From Tubiluchus corallicola (Eukaryota > Animalia > Priapulida): a stretch of DNA of 64,000 nucleotides. Positions 34,421 through 48,989 of the stretch are shown one piece after another. The position numbers were made by a program, and so were the translations under genes. Position 1 is the stretch's first letter; each line of letters begins with the position of its first letter. The stretch lies in contig JAQGDQ010000004.1 of the NCBI GenBank assembly GCA_030141605.1, positions 1,488,001-1,552,000 on the forward strand, written 5' to 3'. A model generated the notes under the pieces. The model was given only the letters and a program-made list of their open reading frames with translations, did not search any database and had not been told where the DNA came from.

Positions 34421-37400
34421 AAATTCTTTATTTGCTTTTACAAATATTGACAATCGTAATATAAATAAATATTGAAGATAGACATTCAGTGTTAGTTTAT
34501 GGTAAAATACACATTGTTGTAGATAGATGCTTGAGGTGCAAAACTATTGGATAACTATAATACAACTCTCTAAATTTCTAAAAGCTAGATTAGATGTACA
34601 AAAAAATAAATAGACCTATATAAAAGCATTTAATATCGTACGTTTTTGCTTGCAAACGCCCATTTTAGTAATTAAATCAAAATTTTACTCGAGTTAAAAA
34701 TTCAAGTTGTATGTCTATATATTGTAACCTTGACATAACAACTGATAAATTTACAACTGCGTGCTTATATTTGTTTATTCGCATTAATGTAACAACACAG
34801 AAATCCATATAAGTATAGGCTTATCCGTTAATAATTTATCGAATATTTAAAAATAAAGTTTACAATACAAGTTAAGATAGTCGTTTTATCTTATTTAGAA
34901 ATCTTATTTATAGAATACATATTTGGCTTATGTAAATATCTTACCCTACCACACTGAATCCATTAATAGTTTAATATAAATTAAAAATCGCCTTGCGTAC
35001 CTTTGGATACCAAATGACATAAAAGACTTATAAATGTGGCTAAGAGCGACTTTCACAAGTTCTCATCATTATCGAATTATAGTCACAGGAACATAGCACT
35101 TTTACATTTAGACTGTTCAGGAAACTGGAAATAATAGTAATCTATTATCAAATGTTAAAAAGCAGTCACTGATTAGCTGTGTTGATTAATAACAATTAGG
35201 CAGCCTAGAAGATGCGATAATCGAAATTGTTTATTTTGAGTCTAAATTATTCATGCAAAAATACAATAGCAATTCTGAGGCTAAAAATTTGGTTGCCACA
35301 GTTTTCACGCTTATTGGACGTTATATAATAACTAATTCATAAATATGTAGTGCAACTAAACAATTATGTTTTAAATGGCAACCTAAGTATATAGAAATAT
35401 AATTACTGCAGAACTATTATTTACGTTAATTCTATTAGGAAAACGTTATGATAATTGCAAAAAATTTCTGATGTGGTTCCCAAGTGTGAAAAAAATTATG
35501 ACTGAGCAAACAGAAAAAATTGGAAAACCTACAAACAGCGTTATCAATGTGACTCGAATGATCAAGAAAAAGAAAAGGGCGATTTAGATTGTCCTGCAGT
35601 AATAACACTTTAGTTTCCGTTATTATATCTTTCACTGTAAGGCGAAACAAATAGCTAAATGGTGACTAGTGAGCTTAGTTGTTGAAGTTAAGTAAAGCTA
35701 GTTTGATTCTTAATTGGATAATTGACTGCTAAAATCGCTTTTAAACTGGCCCCACAGCCGATTGCAGATCTAAGCACGACTAGGAAGCTTCCACAAGTTC
35801 ACTTCTTCTTCTTCTTACAGGATAATATTTGATAATGTGCTAGGCTTCGGTCCTGCAAACACCATTAGTATGCTCTCATCAGTTTACAACGGATACAGGT
35901 CAAACCATATAAAAATTCGGTGACTATAATTTTAAGTAACAAAAATGAGTTCAGAAACTATTGATTTGTATGTTGTGCATTTACACACAAAATATGTGCT
36001 TTTGTGTACACACAACAAATATTTTTAACACCTGTAGACAAGGCTTTTTCATTGCTGTTTTACAACTTAGTGTTCCAAAACCGGAAGTCACCTTCTATGT
36101 TTTTTTGCAGATCTTATGTGAACGTTTTCTTCACACGTTTTCAGAACTGTAATCTGGAAAGTTGATGAATGCTACAACATAATTAGGGATAAGACTAATA
36201 CATTCGATAAAAACAACAATCTGCACAGTATTCGTAATAATTTATGAATTTGTGTGTTTTTTACGTATAACAATAATGAATTAAAATTTTAATAAATATC
36301 AATAGTTCTGACTATAGTGAGTTAAAAAGGGATACAAATCGTGTAACTTGCGTGTGGCGCTAGATGTAAAATATCGTAAAATTTCGCTTAATCTCCCACG
36401 GGTCGGCGTAAAACCGCAGGGACACCGTCTGTTCACTCAGTTTCTTTATTTGTTGAAATGTTTGTCTGTTTTTATTATTTTCGTGCTATTATCTATGCAG
36501 CAGGTGGTTTACATAACGTCTATCTGTTATTTTTACTTACACAATATATAGAAAATAATAATTCAACGCTGAACTTCTGCATTTGTTTACTAACTGTAAT
36601 TCCCAATTTATCCAGAACCTTTTTACACTAGCAAAATTGGCCTTAATATAGTTATTACACTACTGTAATATTGTTGTTCAGTATAAATTGCTTAGATGGA
36701 ACGCAAGATCAACCCCTGCTGGTAATGTTTATATGTCAAATAATTTAAAATCAATTCACATAATTATTACGACAATAAAATTCAGCTAGCGAAAATTAAC
36801 ATTCAGTTTTCTGTGTTTCCTTATTGGATTTTGATAGTATTATATTTAATTGCGAGTTAAGAGTTCATAGTAATCGAATCAGGCTTATCTAATAACCTTA
36901 ATTTTCTATTTTAGCATGGCAATAAAAAATTACGTAATTTACAAGTTCCTGTTACAGCTTTAGCCTAAAAGCCAAAAAATTATTTACAACAAAAGAGCAT
37001 TCGTTGATTGCCTAATTCGCATCAATTTTTACTATTGATCAATCTAATCGAATGGTTTAGTTTTTCTGTTTGGGCGTTTGATAAGGAGAATAATGGTTCT
37101 GTCAAACTGCATAAGGTCTCTCAATACCACGATTAGTCGCACTTGTGTATGTGAGGCATGGAGTGAAGTTCCGCTATGCAAAGATGAAAATTAGTTTAAT
37201 TCTGCTTGAACAATTTCAGTTAGCAAAATAAAATTTATAACTTTTGTGTAATACCGATGAATAGTTCATTGAAGATATGCGCTTAGTCACTTTACGCCTC
37301 TTTCATTATGGCTGTATAATATTAACTTTGAAATATATAAGACAAAAGAATCATTAAAAGATAATCTTACATATTACCATTTGGGATTTTAAACGAACAG

Positions 37401-37529
37401 TATTTATATCGAATAATGAATTTCTACCTAAACTAAATTTCTAGGCTGAAATCCTGCGCAAACTGACCATTGACTATGTAAAAAAAGCGTGACTTGTAGC
37501 TTCAGAAGTAGTATATATAGTCTTATTGT

Positions 37530-37670
37530 CATAATTATTACAAAATTTTGATGAAATAAACCCCACAATTGTTCACTTATTGAAATAGTCAAACTTGCTC
37601 GAAAGAAGGTAAATGTAAAAAGAAGGTCCGAACCTAGACTTGAACTACGGACCTTTGGTCTATAAACGCC
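37530..37670 (-). mobile_element. Diverged third copy of the tRNA-derived repeat
   Basis: AAACCCCACAATTGTT resembles 9358-9372. GACTTGAACT is a reverse-complement B-box-like motif. Confidence 0.4.
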
Positions 37671-38993
37671 AAAGTCACATAATATTAATATGTAGTCATA
37701 TATAGCTTACTAAGTAGCATAGAGTGTGTAATCGTACAAGTCCTTATAGAATCGCAAAAGCTCACCATTACAAGTCTTAGCATACTGCATACTCATATCA
37801 AAATACTTACATGTGTGTACCTTTGTAATTTTGGAACCAAAAATGCATGGTACTTTACTAACGACGAATAATATTAATTTCAAATTTAATCGATAAAATG
37901 CCACCTGAAAATCAAGTACTTGTATTTTCGTTCAATTCTGTTTCTGTATTTCAAAAATTGTTTCACGCAGAAAATTTTATAATGAAAGCGGTAGATATTG
38001 TCCAGCTATAAGAGACGTTACTGCCTGTACAGACTTAGAAATTAAAAAATATCGATAAATACATATTGCTTAGTATTTAGTTAAAAGCATTTAGTTGGGA
38101 CAAGTGTGTTTACAACTTAGAAAAGTAACATGATCACATCAGCATGGAATTGTTCATTTGGATTTCACTGAGAAATGCAAGATTAAAAACTACGTCTTGG
38201 AAACACAGACACAGCGCATTTTAAACTTTGTTTGATCCCACATCGCGCTAATATTTTCCATTCTGGGGAATACATTTCAGGGTGTGTCCATTACAATAGA
38301 ATATGTATAATTGTATTGATTTGACAATATGCTACTTCAAACCCATATATCAATCCGCCTACCTAATTTTAATGCTTCACGCAATAATTGTTATCTTATC
38401 GCTTATTGGTTTCAACTCTCTTAATGTACCGATTCGTCGCCTCTTTTGTTCCGGATCAAAACAACCCGGACGAGATCCGGAACCCACCTGTACAAGATAA
38501 CATTCGGTGTATTGCTAAAGCAGCTGTAATAACGACAAGTAGAGACGCTGCTGTGTTCAATGGCACAATAGGCAGCAATCATTAGAATGTATTTTATGCA
38601 CAATCAGCATTTATTCATGATCAACATAACAAACAGTCAACGATTAGCTCTTACAAAACTTATTCATTTTACACCCTTTTGAAGTCAGTTTATAGTCAGT
38701 CAGTTAAGCCCAACTTAAACGAAAGACAAAGACAAACAAAAAACGTTTGAATGAAATAAAAAAGCTACTATAGAAGATCGTGCAAATTATTTATTATGTG
38801 CATTATTCTAGGGCCTATAATAGGGCCGTTCTGTAATGTGAACATCTAGTCGAGCTGTTGAAAGGCACTTTCACCTGTTATGCATGTTGTTTTTGTTGTA
38901 CAGATTACGATTCGTGCAATTTTTAACTAATTACTTGCGTTATATTTTTTATTCATATTTTTAATTAAAAATCACCACACTTACCATCACTAT

Positions 38994-39451
38994 AGTGAGT
39001 ATAGTCCCGCAGCCAAAAGCAATTTTTTGGCTGAACCTTGCACTTTACCCTAAAAATGCAAGGTTCACCCCACTGGGTGTCACACAAGCTAAAATTTCTA
39101 TACAACTCATAACTGCACATGCGTCCTAAATGACGTACTCATGATCATGCGGCTTGTGATGATGACGATGGCGAATCAACAGAGTGATAAATTCGACGCC
39201 AATATTTTTTACAAACTTCGTAAGGTGGGCGACAATGAACAAATATTTTATTCATACATTTGCATTTGATTTGGCGTGCGGTTAAATGATGTCACGTAGC
39301 CTAACCTGCGGTATTACTGTCATCTTTGTTTTAACCTCATAGACCAGATGAATCTGTTCATGCCCTAATCCTAATATAGAAAGCATGATTAGTGCCAACT
39401 AGGTGGTTTGTTTGGTTGTTTTTTGCCCTAGTTTAAACCCTATATCTCACT
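38994..39451. mobile_element. Possible MITE with short TIRs and two tandem subterminal hairpins
   Basis: AGTGAGTATAG / CTATATCTCACT ends; hairpins CAGCCAAAA..TTTTGGCTG and GAACCTTGCA..TGCAAGGTTC. Confidence 0.45.
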
Positions 39452-42422
39452 TCCACTAGATGCGCATTTCTCCTGAATCGATTCCTGCCTCACACGCGGC
39501 GGTTGGAGGTCTGTGCGTCTTATACGACAGCGTGTAATCGTGTTGCATCGTGTTGCTATATTTGTGGACGTACGACACGGGACGCGCCATACATCAGAGC
39601 AGTCCGTGTGCTAGCAGTGCATGTTGTAAGTTCAATTTTAGGGACCTTTACAACGATTCACAGTTTTAAAGAGAATCTAGTCATTGTTGTTAATGGCTCT
39701 TCAGCAGTTCGATCTGTCCAAGTGGTTTAAAATACTTTCAGCCAAGGTGCTAAACAAATATTTGGCAATTAAGGCTCGTTTAGTGCAAACTTGGGACACG
39801 CGTAATAGATAACTAAAAGCTTTACAAAAGAGAACCGTCCGACATCAAGGGGACTAGGGGCGGAAGTTGATTAAAGGCTCCATAGATGTTATTAGAAGTA
39901 AAGCAAAATGTCAATTGCTGATTATCGTATGAAACACTTGGTTAAACCAGAACCTATAATGTGAAGATAAAAATATGAAGGGGGAAAGCTGTCCCGCTGT
40001 TCTTCTCCTGGTGGTGCGAGGCGGAATCTCGTTTTCCCATGTACCTCGGGCGGAATTTCACACTAAAGGTGTGAAACTGCTGCTCATAATTTAACTAAAG
40101 TCAACAACGTCACTGCTAATCGATTTTAAAACTGGCAACGAGTCATTAGTTCTGTGAATGTTAATTCACCATGCCAAGTTTTTGGCAGCGAAACATCGTT
40201 TGACGGTAGACCCGCAGCCATAGACAATTTATAGGCCTCTGCGCTACTAAAATTTATATTTTTAGGCGTTAATAGTTTTCAAGAAAAAAGATTTTTCATC
40301 TGACACTTGACAGCGTCACAATTTTCATTAAAAGGCAAGCGTCTGTGCAAACTAAATTGAAAAGACTTTTTATTAATGGTGAGGCTCACGGATACTTAGT
40401 ATGATCTTAGTATGATCAAGTAGTACAAGGTCTTAGTATGATCACGGCCTAGTTAGACGTATATATGTTGTATATAGAGTAAAAAATAAAACAAAACATA
40501 TTGTAATTTTTGGATCAAAACACAAGAATGTTCTTGCTTCTATCTCTTTCTTTGGAAAAATATGATTGCATCACGTTAAAACTGAACACCACAATACGGT
40601 TTTTCTTGAAAGCACGTTTAAACATAATTAGGACTCCATTCGTCATTATATATCGCATGGCTCCTCTTTATAAACCGTTACAAAACTTTCTTCAATTTAA
40701 CTATAATTAAAAGTCAGAAAAAAGTCAAATATAAACAAGATTTCTAATTCACAATACGTTTTACGTTTTGACGCACCAATCTACAGGACTTTAATCGACA
40801 GAATTTAAACGCGTCCTCAACACGGTTGACATAATTTTTGAAAAGCGTTTAGAAATACCAATTCTAAACATGTTAAGCGTTAGACATCTAAAAACGTGTG
40901 GATAAGCCAAATGTCAAACAAAATAACTAAAGCTAAAACTGACCTTTAAGTAAAGGTTTATGTACGCTCTTAAGCTAAACAGTTAACTGAGCTCACATAC
41001 TCTTCTAACGGGAAACCAAGCTTTCAAATAATGTTTTAAATACAAAACAAAGGCAGTAATTGGTTTTCTGAGTGTGTAGCGGTGTGATTTTTGAATTATC
41101 GCAATATTGAGCTCTGCATAGGCGTTAGAGAAAAAGAATAAACTTGTGCAAATAGGCTCTTGCTAGATGGGAATCGAAGCCTTATTGCAAACAAAAGCAT
41201 CAAAACGGTATTATAAACATTATTTGCTGGAATGAGATACATCCAATTTTTCTAATTCTAAAAAAACTCCACTTTCTGCAACTGCCCTACATCTGTGTCA
41301 GACTTATAAACAAGCTGTGAGTAATTTCATTAAGTACTACAACACAATATTTTCATTAGTGCAATGCAACATAATAAACAACTTAATAAAACATGAGTGA
41401 ATAATATACAGCCCTCCGTCCAGCAGCTAGAATTAATTATAATAATTTATATGACATATCATTAAGTTATAAAACGAATTGAAACTGGGTATAGTTTCGA
41501 TCTTATTTTATGATGCCTATAGCTGAATATCCAAACGTGTTGGGGAAAAATCGAAAAGTCTGTTGCGTGATAATAAGAACGGCTTTATTGCTTATGCGTT
41601 TGAGAGCTATATGCAAGCTGAATGTGAGGAAAGTACGATTTTAAGTAGGATGTGGTAAAATTTGATTTAATTTTGATTACGTGAGTAGCACACCACTCAT
41701 AAAATTTGAAGCAATTGCATATTGAAGGATTACAGGGATAGGTTCTTAAAGCCTGCTCTGTGGTCTGCTGTTAATATCCTTACCTCACCTTTCAGCTTTT
41801 TACGCCATTTCTAATTTCTACAGTTTCCTTTTATAATTTTGCGAAGGCATAAGTTATGCTGTTAATGCCGCTTAAGTTTTCACAAGCATCTTTAATTACC
41901 TGCTAAGTGTTCGCTTCTACCAGAAATGAAAGAATATAAAATGAAAAAAATGAAAAAGGAAACAGAAATAAAAAATAAAAATTCTATTATTCTTTAACAG
42001 AATGTTTTCTGTTTTTAGAGAGAAAAAAGTTCCATTTTCTTGTTTGTTTATTTATTTAATTGTTGGTGTATTTGCCCGTTTGTTTCTTGTTTGACTATTT
42101 TTTTATTATTTATTTACTTATTTATTTTTTCGCACTTTAATCATTTATTCGTTATACAGTTACTAATTCGTTTGCTTGTTTAATTAAATATCTTGTTTTA
42201 TTATTTTCTCTCCTTCTTCTTTCGTTTATTTGTTCTATTTATTTATATTTTGTTTATTTATTGATTAATGACGACTGACATACTACGCCAAGCAACAATA
42301 TAACAGTGATAGATGCACCGTTGGTCAGAATTCACATTAATTCACACTTTTGTATTGGGATGTTTGCAGTAAAACAGCTGCAATGTTTTAGAAAATTCTG
42401 AATAGTGGTTTATTTTTTCCAG

Positions 42423-42595
42423 AAAATGGGGACGGCAAGGACCAGAATGGCACAAAACGCAGACGAAGTCGCACTAATTTTACCGGTTGGCAGTTAGAGG
42501 AGCTTGAAAGAGCATTTGAGACTAGTCATTACCCAGACGTATTCATGCGCGAAGCATTAGCACTAAAACTAGACCTTGTAGAATCACGAGTACAG
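42423..42595 (+). CDS. unc-4: unc-4/Uncx homeobox exon (helices 1-2 and start of helix 3; not in the ORF track)
   Basis: [47 protein letters not shown], diagnostic of Uncx. The intron falls between Q46 and V47, as is typical of PRD-class genes. Confidence 0.97.
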
Positions 42596-43067
42596 GTAAA
42601 TTAAACCATAAAACATGATTAGTAATTGCTTTTTCGCAGTTTATATTAATCTGTTAAGACAACATTTTTTAAATTCACTATAAAAGATAAAAAGTAATGC
42701 ACTTTTCAGTACAACATTAATTTATTGTCGCCATCAATTAAAATAGACAGTATGAAAAGTGTCATTAGAATTAATATTGTTTTTAGACTTCGTTAATCTT
42801 AGCAAACACAAAAACGTAGAATGCAATTGTAAAATCACTAAACACAAAAAATAAAACGTCACAGACACCAACAGACAGAAGTTAATAAAACTGAATAACT
42901 GTGACAAAACTATATTATCATTAAGTCATAGAATGAACTATGAAACATAAGGTGGGTTGAGTTTTTGCAGAACTTCGTGTTGCCTATTGATTTTTTATAT
43001 GGGGATTAAAATACTGTACCTGTAGTCTGTCTTTGTCCTTCAACTTTTATCTTTGTTCATCACTGCA

Positions 43068-43073
43068 TCTCTC

Positions 43074-43151
<78 letters not shown>
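43068..43151. repeat. (CT)n microsatellite
   Basis: Direct observation. Confidence 0.97.
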
Positions 43152-43153
<2 letters not shown>

Positions 43154-43302
43154 CATTCCTTTCTTCCACCAGATCATTATATAACCTAGGCTACTTTTAG
43201 CCTACCGCTACATCTTTTTACATAAATATTCTTGTGCTCAGACGCTGTTAATTGAATCTTGTTGCTAATAATTATTAATCTTGTAATGTGCTCAACAATA
43301 AT

Positions 43303-44040
43303 CAAAGGCGTACGAGGCAGGAATTCTTGGAGGGCAGTGTCACCCTCCTAGGGTACAAAAATTGTACATATTCAGGGCAATTAACTTCTATTTTAAGATT
43401 TTAAGATCCAAAATTTCAGTTTTCAAAAATTCTTATATGCACTACACCACCTCTTTTTAGTGGCTGCAATTGAAGCGTTCTTGTTTGGGGAATTATTTTT
43501 AATTTCAAATAATTCTAAAGTTAATAATAGTTAATAATGAAAGATATCATATTTAGTTCACTAAACCCAACAAAAGGTCTTTATACACTTTTTAAGTACA
43601 GACGTGTTTGCAAAAAAAAAGCTTAGACAGTTGCCATTATTCCTGTTGAATTTCTTAGACATATATAATTTAATATACGTGTTAATATGTTAATGATTTA
43701 ATATGCTAAACATCAGAAAAAGTTTATCTGAAATTTTATTTGCTCAGTGAAAACACGGAGTATTTTTAGTAAAAGTTACTGTAATTCGGACTTCTTGCAT
43801 TTATATATTATTACTGTTGTAATTAAAATATGTTATACTTAGGTACAACTGTGTTTAAATATAAATAAGTATCAGCATATAGGGCTATAAAGATATTGTC
43901 TTTCTGGCACTTTTCCGCCAACCTATCTATATCCCACATTGTTTGTACTTCTTTGGAAATCGCTCAGGCTATGGCAATTTAGAAAATTTTCAGTCAAATT
44001 CCTTCTGCCCCCTTGTGAAACTTCCTCCCTTGCGCCTATG
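43303..44040. mobile_element. Old hAT-like MITE
   Basis: Imperfect TIRs CAAAGGCGTACGAGG / CCCTTGCGCCTATG with GC-rich subterminal motifs; TSD not preserved. Confidence 0.55.
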
Positions 44041-45166
44041 GCAACACACAAAACCAAGTGAAATACGATGGTGATAATAATTATTGAATCTGAATCTCAA
44101 TCTTGCGTCAGAACGCGCCATAAAGTTACATAAGTGCAGTTGTAAAAGTATTAATAATTAACACTAAAAATTAATTTGAATATGAAATGAGAGCCCATCG
44201 TATGTGCAATTAAATGCATTAAGCAAATTAATAACGTAGCAATCTATCAAGCGGTTTAGAAACAGGAACTCTATATTAGAAATTATTGCATTAGAATTAA
44301 GTGGATTTAAATACTTCTAACAACCTAAAATGATATGAAGATATGTCTAAGCTGATTATTTTTTAATAAGCCAGAGAGTTGGACTTTGCATGGAAGGTTA
44401 GAAATTGTGCTTGCCTGGCTTTGTGCCGCTTTGTATGTATGCAGGTATGAGAGCTGTCATAGTTTGCAGGTATATGAGAGCTGTCACCGTTGTAAATTTG
44501 TTTGGTTTGTAATTATTATCGGCAATGACTAAATCGTTTTAGCTAAATTATTACACTATGCAGATACGAACTTATAATATATATTTACTAAATCATTACA
44601 ACATCACGCAATAACCACTCAACCAATCCTCGTAGCATAGTTAACAAGATTTGAATGCAAGAAGAGAATGCCTATAGCAAGTCTCTCTGTGTGTGCCTAG
44701 TATAATTACACACAGTATAAAACAGCGCACAAACCTGTCAAACAAACTGCGATCAAGCAATTTGTCAGCCTGTGGCGACACATTCCCTTTCTCATTCAAC
44801 AGTAAATTGTTTAGTGAGCCGAATATTCCATAGATTCGAACAAAAACCGACCGGCTCTGTAAGCCTACTTTTACGTAAACCTATCTACAAAAATATAATG
44901 GAATAAATTCTTAGTTTGCATGTATAGTATAGATTCAAAAACCAAATTCTGACGAAAAACTTAAAAATGCACATACGTGAACTTCAATTTGAAATATCCC
45001 TTATGAGACAAAAAACTTGTTACCACGCACGGAATTTTTGATCCCATTAATGTCGTTAATGTCATTAATATTAGCTGCCCATTTATTTCAGTACTTAGTA
45101 CAGAGCTTTCTCTCTCTCATTCACCTCTCTCTCTCTTTCTCTCTTTTTCTTTCTCATACACACAAA

Positions 45167-45390
<224 letters not shown>

Positions 45391-47044
45391 TCTATATTAC
45401 CTTTGTTATATATAACTTCTGGTGACCTCAAAGTGGAGTTTTGTATTACTGTCCTCATCATTATTTTAGTTTAACATTCATGTACAACATATTTAATGTA
45501 ATGTACTACTAATAAATATAACGCTTGTGGGTGTGCTTAAAAATATTGCGAAAGGTACTTACTACTTCAATGTCACAATACAATGTCAAAATGTTTATTT
45601 AGTGCGTGACGCATAAAACGAACTGCTGTTTTTCCTATATTATCCGTCTGTGTATTTTTTTCTTAACAAAGCTGTTTCTGTCGCTTATTTATTCATAATT
45701 TGTTCAATTGTCTGCGCATTCATTCATCCATTCATTCATTCATTCTTATCATTCAATCGATTATTCCAAGTTTTTAATTCTAATTCGATTTCTGATAAAG
45801 TGTATGCTCTTTTTATATGTTTGTACAGGCTTTCTTTGATATGGTTATAGTTATTGCTTTATATTGTAAAAAGGTGTTTACACCATAAATTTTAAACAAT
45901 CACTATACAAAATCCAACTAACTTTTGTGTATATTGTAATGAATAGTGCAAACCCATCTTAAGGCTAACAATAAAACCGCAGAAACGTTCGCGTTATTTC
46001 TTCGCCTAAGTAGTAGGCCTAAGTGCACTTCTGCTACGTAAGAATATAAAACAAACAATTAGACAGAGATTTAAATTAAATAAATAACAAAAGAAAAATG
46101 AGTGTTTAGGAAACAAAACAGTGACTTTACTTATTCCAAACTGTAAAATTATTATGGATTGCAATTGTAATACTTTTAGGCTGTGTAAAACTGTATAACC
46201 AGTTAGCTGGAACCTAATAAACTAGGCCGCTGCAATGAAAAGTTTTCGAGTCATGTTCTGTATTAATTTTGCAATGAATTTATTCGGCTGTTGTTTGTGA
46301 CACTTGAATTATATCAGATTTGCGTGTATAATGATCTTATTTTTGCCTTAAAAGCGGTATTTGATCAAATATGTCATATGAAAGCGTACATTTCAAATCT
46401 ATTGGCATGACTTGCGATCTATGTCACCTTTATCCTCGTAATAGTTTAGCTGAAGGAAAAAATACTTTGGAAAGAAATAAGCCAAAATTTTTGCAAAAAA
46501 AACATTTGTAATTTCTATACTGCATAGAACTTAAATCAAAGCAATAGTTAAAAACAGTAGAAATTGGTAATTAATTACGTCTTTAATCCTTATCGAATAA
46601 AAATAATAGGCACAATGAATGATTAGTAACTATGAGCGCCGATGTACGATAATCTACACTATTATATACTTGCTATAATTTTAATAGCGTCAGGACCTAC
46701 ATAAGGGGACGGTAAAAATTAGATGGTGTACATAGTATACAATGTAAAACACGCGGTGCTGACAAACTGCAAGTCCATTAAGGTCAAATTCCGTTGTTAA
46801 GACATTTGCAAGTACTAAATTGAATTTTAAACGCATGCAGAAGGATGAAGAATTCGAGCAAATCAAATGTAAGCTATTAAGAGAACGCCAACGTCCTGAA
46901 TTATATAATTTCTAGCATGGTCAACCTTTCGGCTCCTGGTATCCAGATATCTAGATTTCTTCAACTCAAGAAACCTAGAAAAGACATCTAGGTTTTTAAA
47001 TTCTGTTAGCCAAAAAAAGAAATAAGCAATAAAAAATCAGCAAC

Positions 47045-47340
47045 CATATCATCATTATTATCAAGCAGCAGCAGCAGTAACAGTAGCAATAGCAACAAAA
47101 TTATCGTCAGGTCATCAGCATATTTCCATCGTCTCAGTCCTCGTCCTTCTCCTCCTCCTCCTCATCATCATCGTCATCATCATCATCAAAATTATTGTCA
47201 TCTTAGGTATCGTCGTCGTTATCGTCGTCATCAACATCACCGTCGTCATCATCATCATTATCATCATCTTCACCATCATCATCATCATCATCATCATCAT
47301 CACCATCATAATTCCCATTCCTACCATTATCAGCACCACC
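47045..47340. repeat. Imperfect (CAT/CCT/CAG)n microsatellite
   Basis: Direct observation. Confidence 0.88.
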
Positions 47341-48685
47341 TACTTTTTCAGTTTCTATTTTTAACCCTTGACATTATTCATTTAGTTTTCAAACCAAGCC
47401 AGTATATGAGCAATTACCCAACATATTCTTGCAATAATTATTTGCAGTTTTGATAACCATTAGTCGTTGCTAATTTCTCCTCATTCAATTACAACGCTTC
47501 GACAAATAGCGCCTGATTGTTGGTTTATCCATTGCTCAACAATCACTCTTAACAAATCAATGATCTGCTACCAAGGTGACCCCCTACCACAATTGTAACG
47601 GGATACGATGTAGTCAAAGGCCTTTGAATAGATTTAAATTAAACCAGTGAATGAAAGGATCGGTTAGTGTAGCTTGTGTCAATATCCTAATCGTTATGCT
47701 TTTCGTCTAGTCCTTCACTTACCATTGGGGAAAGAGGCCAAAAAGCGCAGACCTGCCAGGGAAACCGTTGTGCATTTAGCAAAAATTATGTGATACTGCT
47801 ATAACAGAATTACTAGAAGTAAAATCTATAGGATTTTAGCTAAATAAAACAATGTTATAATGACGTTTTCATTAAAGAAATGTCTTCATTCATGTTTGTT
47901 GCACGCGGTGAAGTCTTCTAGTAACTAAGATGACTGTGCTGATAAAGTACATTATTGCTGATTAAATTTAGCGGTTTTCTTGCAACTTACATGTAAGGCC
48001 TACGATACGCCAAAGCGTCCAGCGTCTGGAAGCGAGAAATAGAATGTATATGTTATCAATGAGTGATTTTGGCAGGAGCTGCTGGAAGCCAGACACTGAA
48101 AAATGTAATTTTTTCTATTCTTACTTAAAATTCGGCCCTGTTATTATATTGTAGCTTGTAAATATCTTGATTTTTCTGTGGACTTCTCACTGGAGCCCAT
48201 ACTTATCTGACGTCATATAACAATGTACACTAGTACAGGAAGCTGTCTTATTCAACATCCGTTCACATTCTGCATAATAACTTTGTGGAATACGTCTGCT
48301 TTCAATAAAAATAAGCTTTTGTCATTGAAAACCCTCTATTGATCCAACTCATGCTAAACAAATTGCCATTTATGACTAACAACACTTTGCTGGTGAATGA
48401 GTTTTCATGTTTGATGACATGTGTTAGTGTGCTGGCGGAACAGGGCACATCTAGTATTAGGTGAAAAAATAGAGCAGCCTCTATGCTAGTTCCATTTGAA
48501 AGTGGCGACTTTTGTGAAGTGCTCGTACTTAAAAAAAGAAGACATGAAGATTACCCGTAAATTATGAAACCTTGTGTGCTAATCGTTAAGGTGTCCTGTG
48601 TCCAGATGTCCATGTTATTAACTTAAGTTCAAACGTCGATGCCCGAACTTCATTACGTCCGCAATACTTTGAAGGAAATTTCCTC

Positions 48686-48749
<64 letters not shown>
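48686..48749. repeat. (AAT)n microsatellite
   Basis: Direct observation. Confidence 0.97.
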
Positions 48750-48989
48750 CTTTACTTAAAGTCGGTTTTTGGGTGAACAATTAACATTACTTAACTGTCT
48801 AACAAATATCCAGTGCGTAAATGAAAATGCTTTTCTTATGAATGCTTGACACAAGGAAGTAAACCAAACGGCAACCAGCTTATAAGAAGGTACGCCTAGG
48901 ATTATTGAGTGTCAACGAGCAAAGCAAAGCAACGGGCGGAAAACACGGGTAGATAAATAGCTTACACGTTGATTTTTGCAATATTTCAG

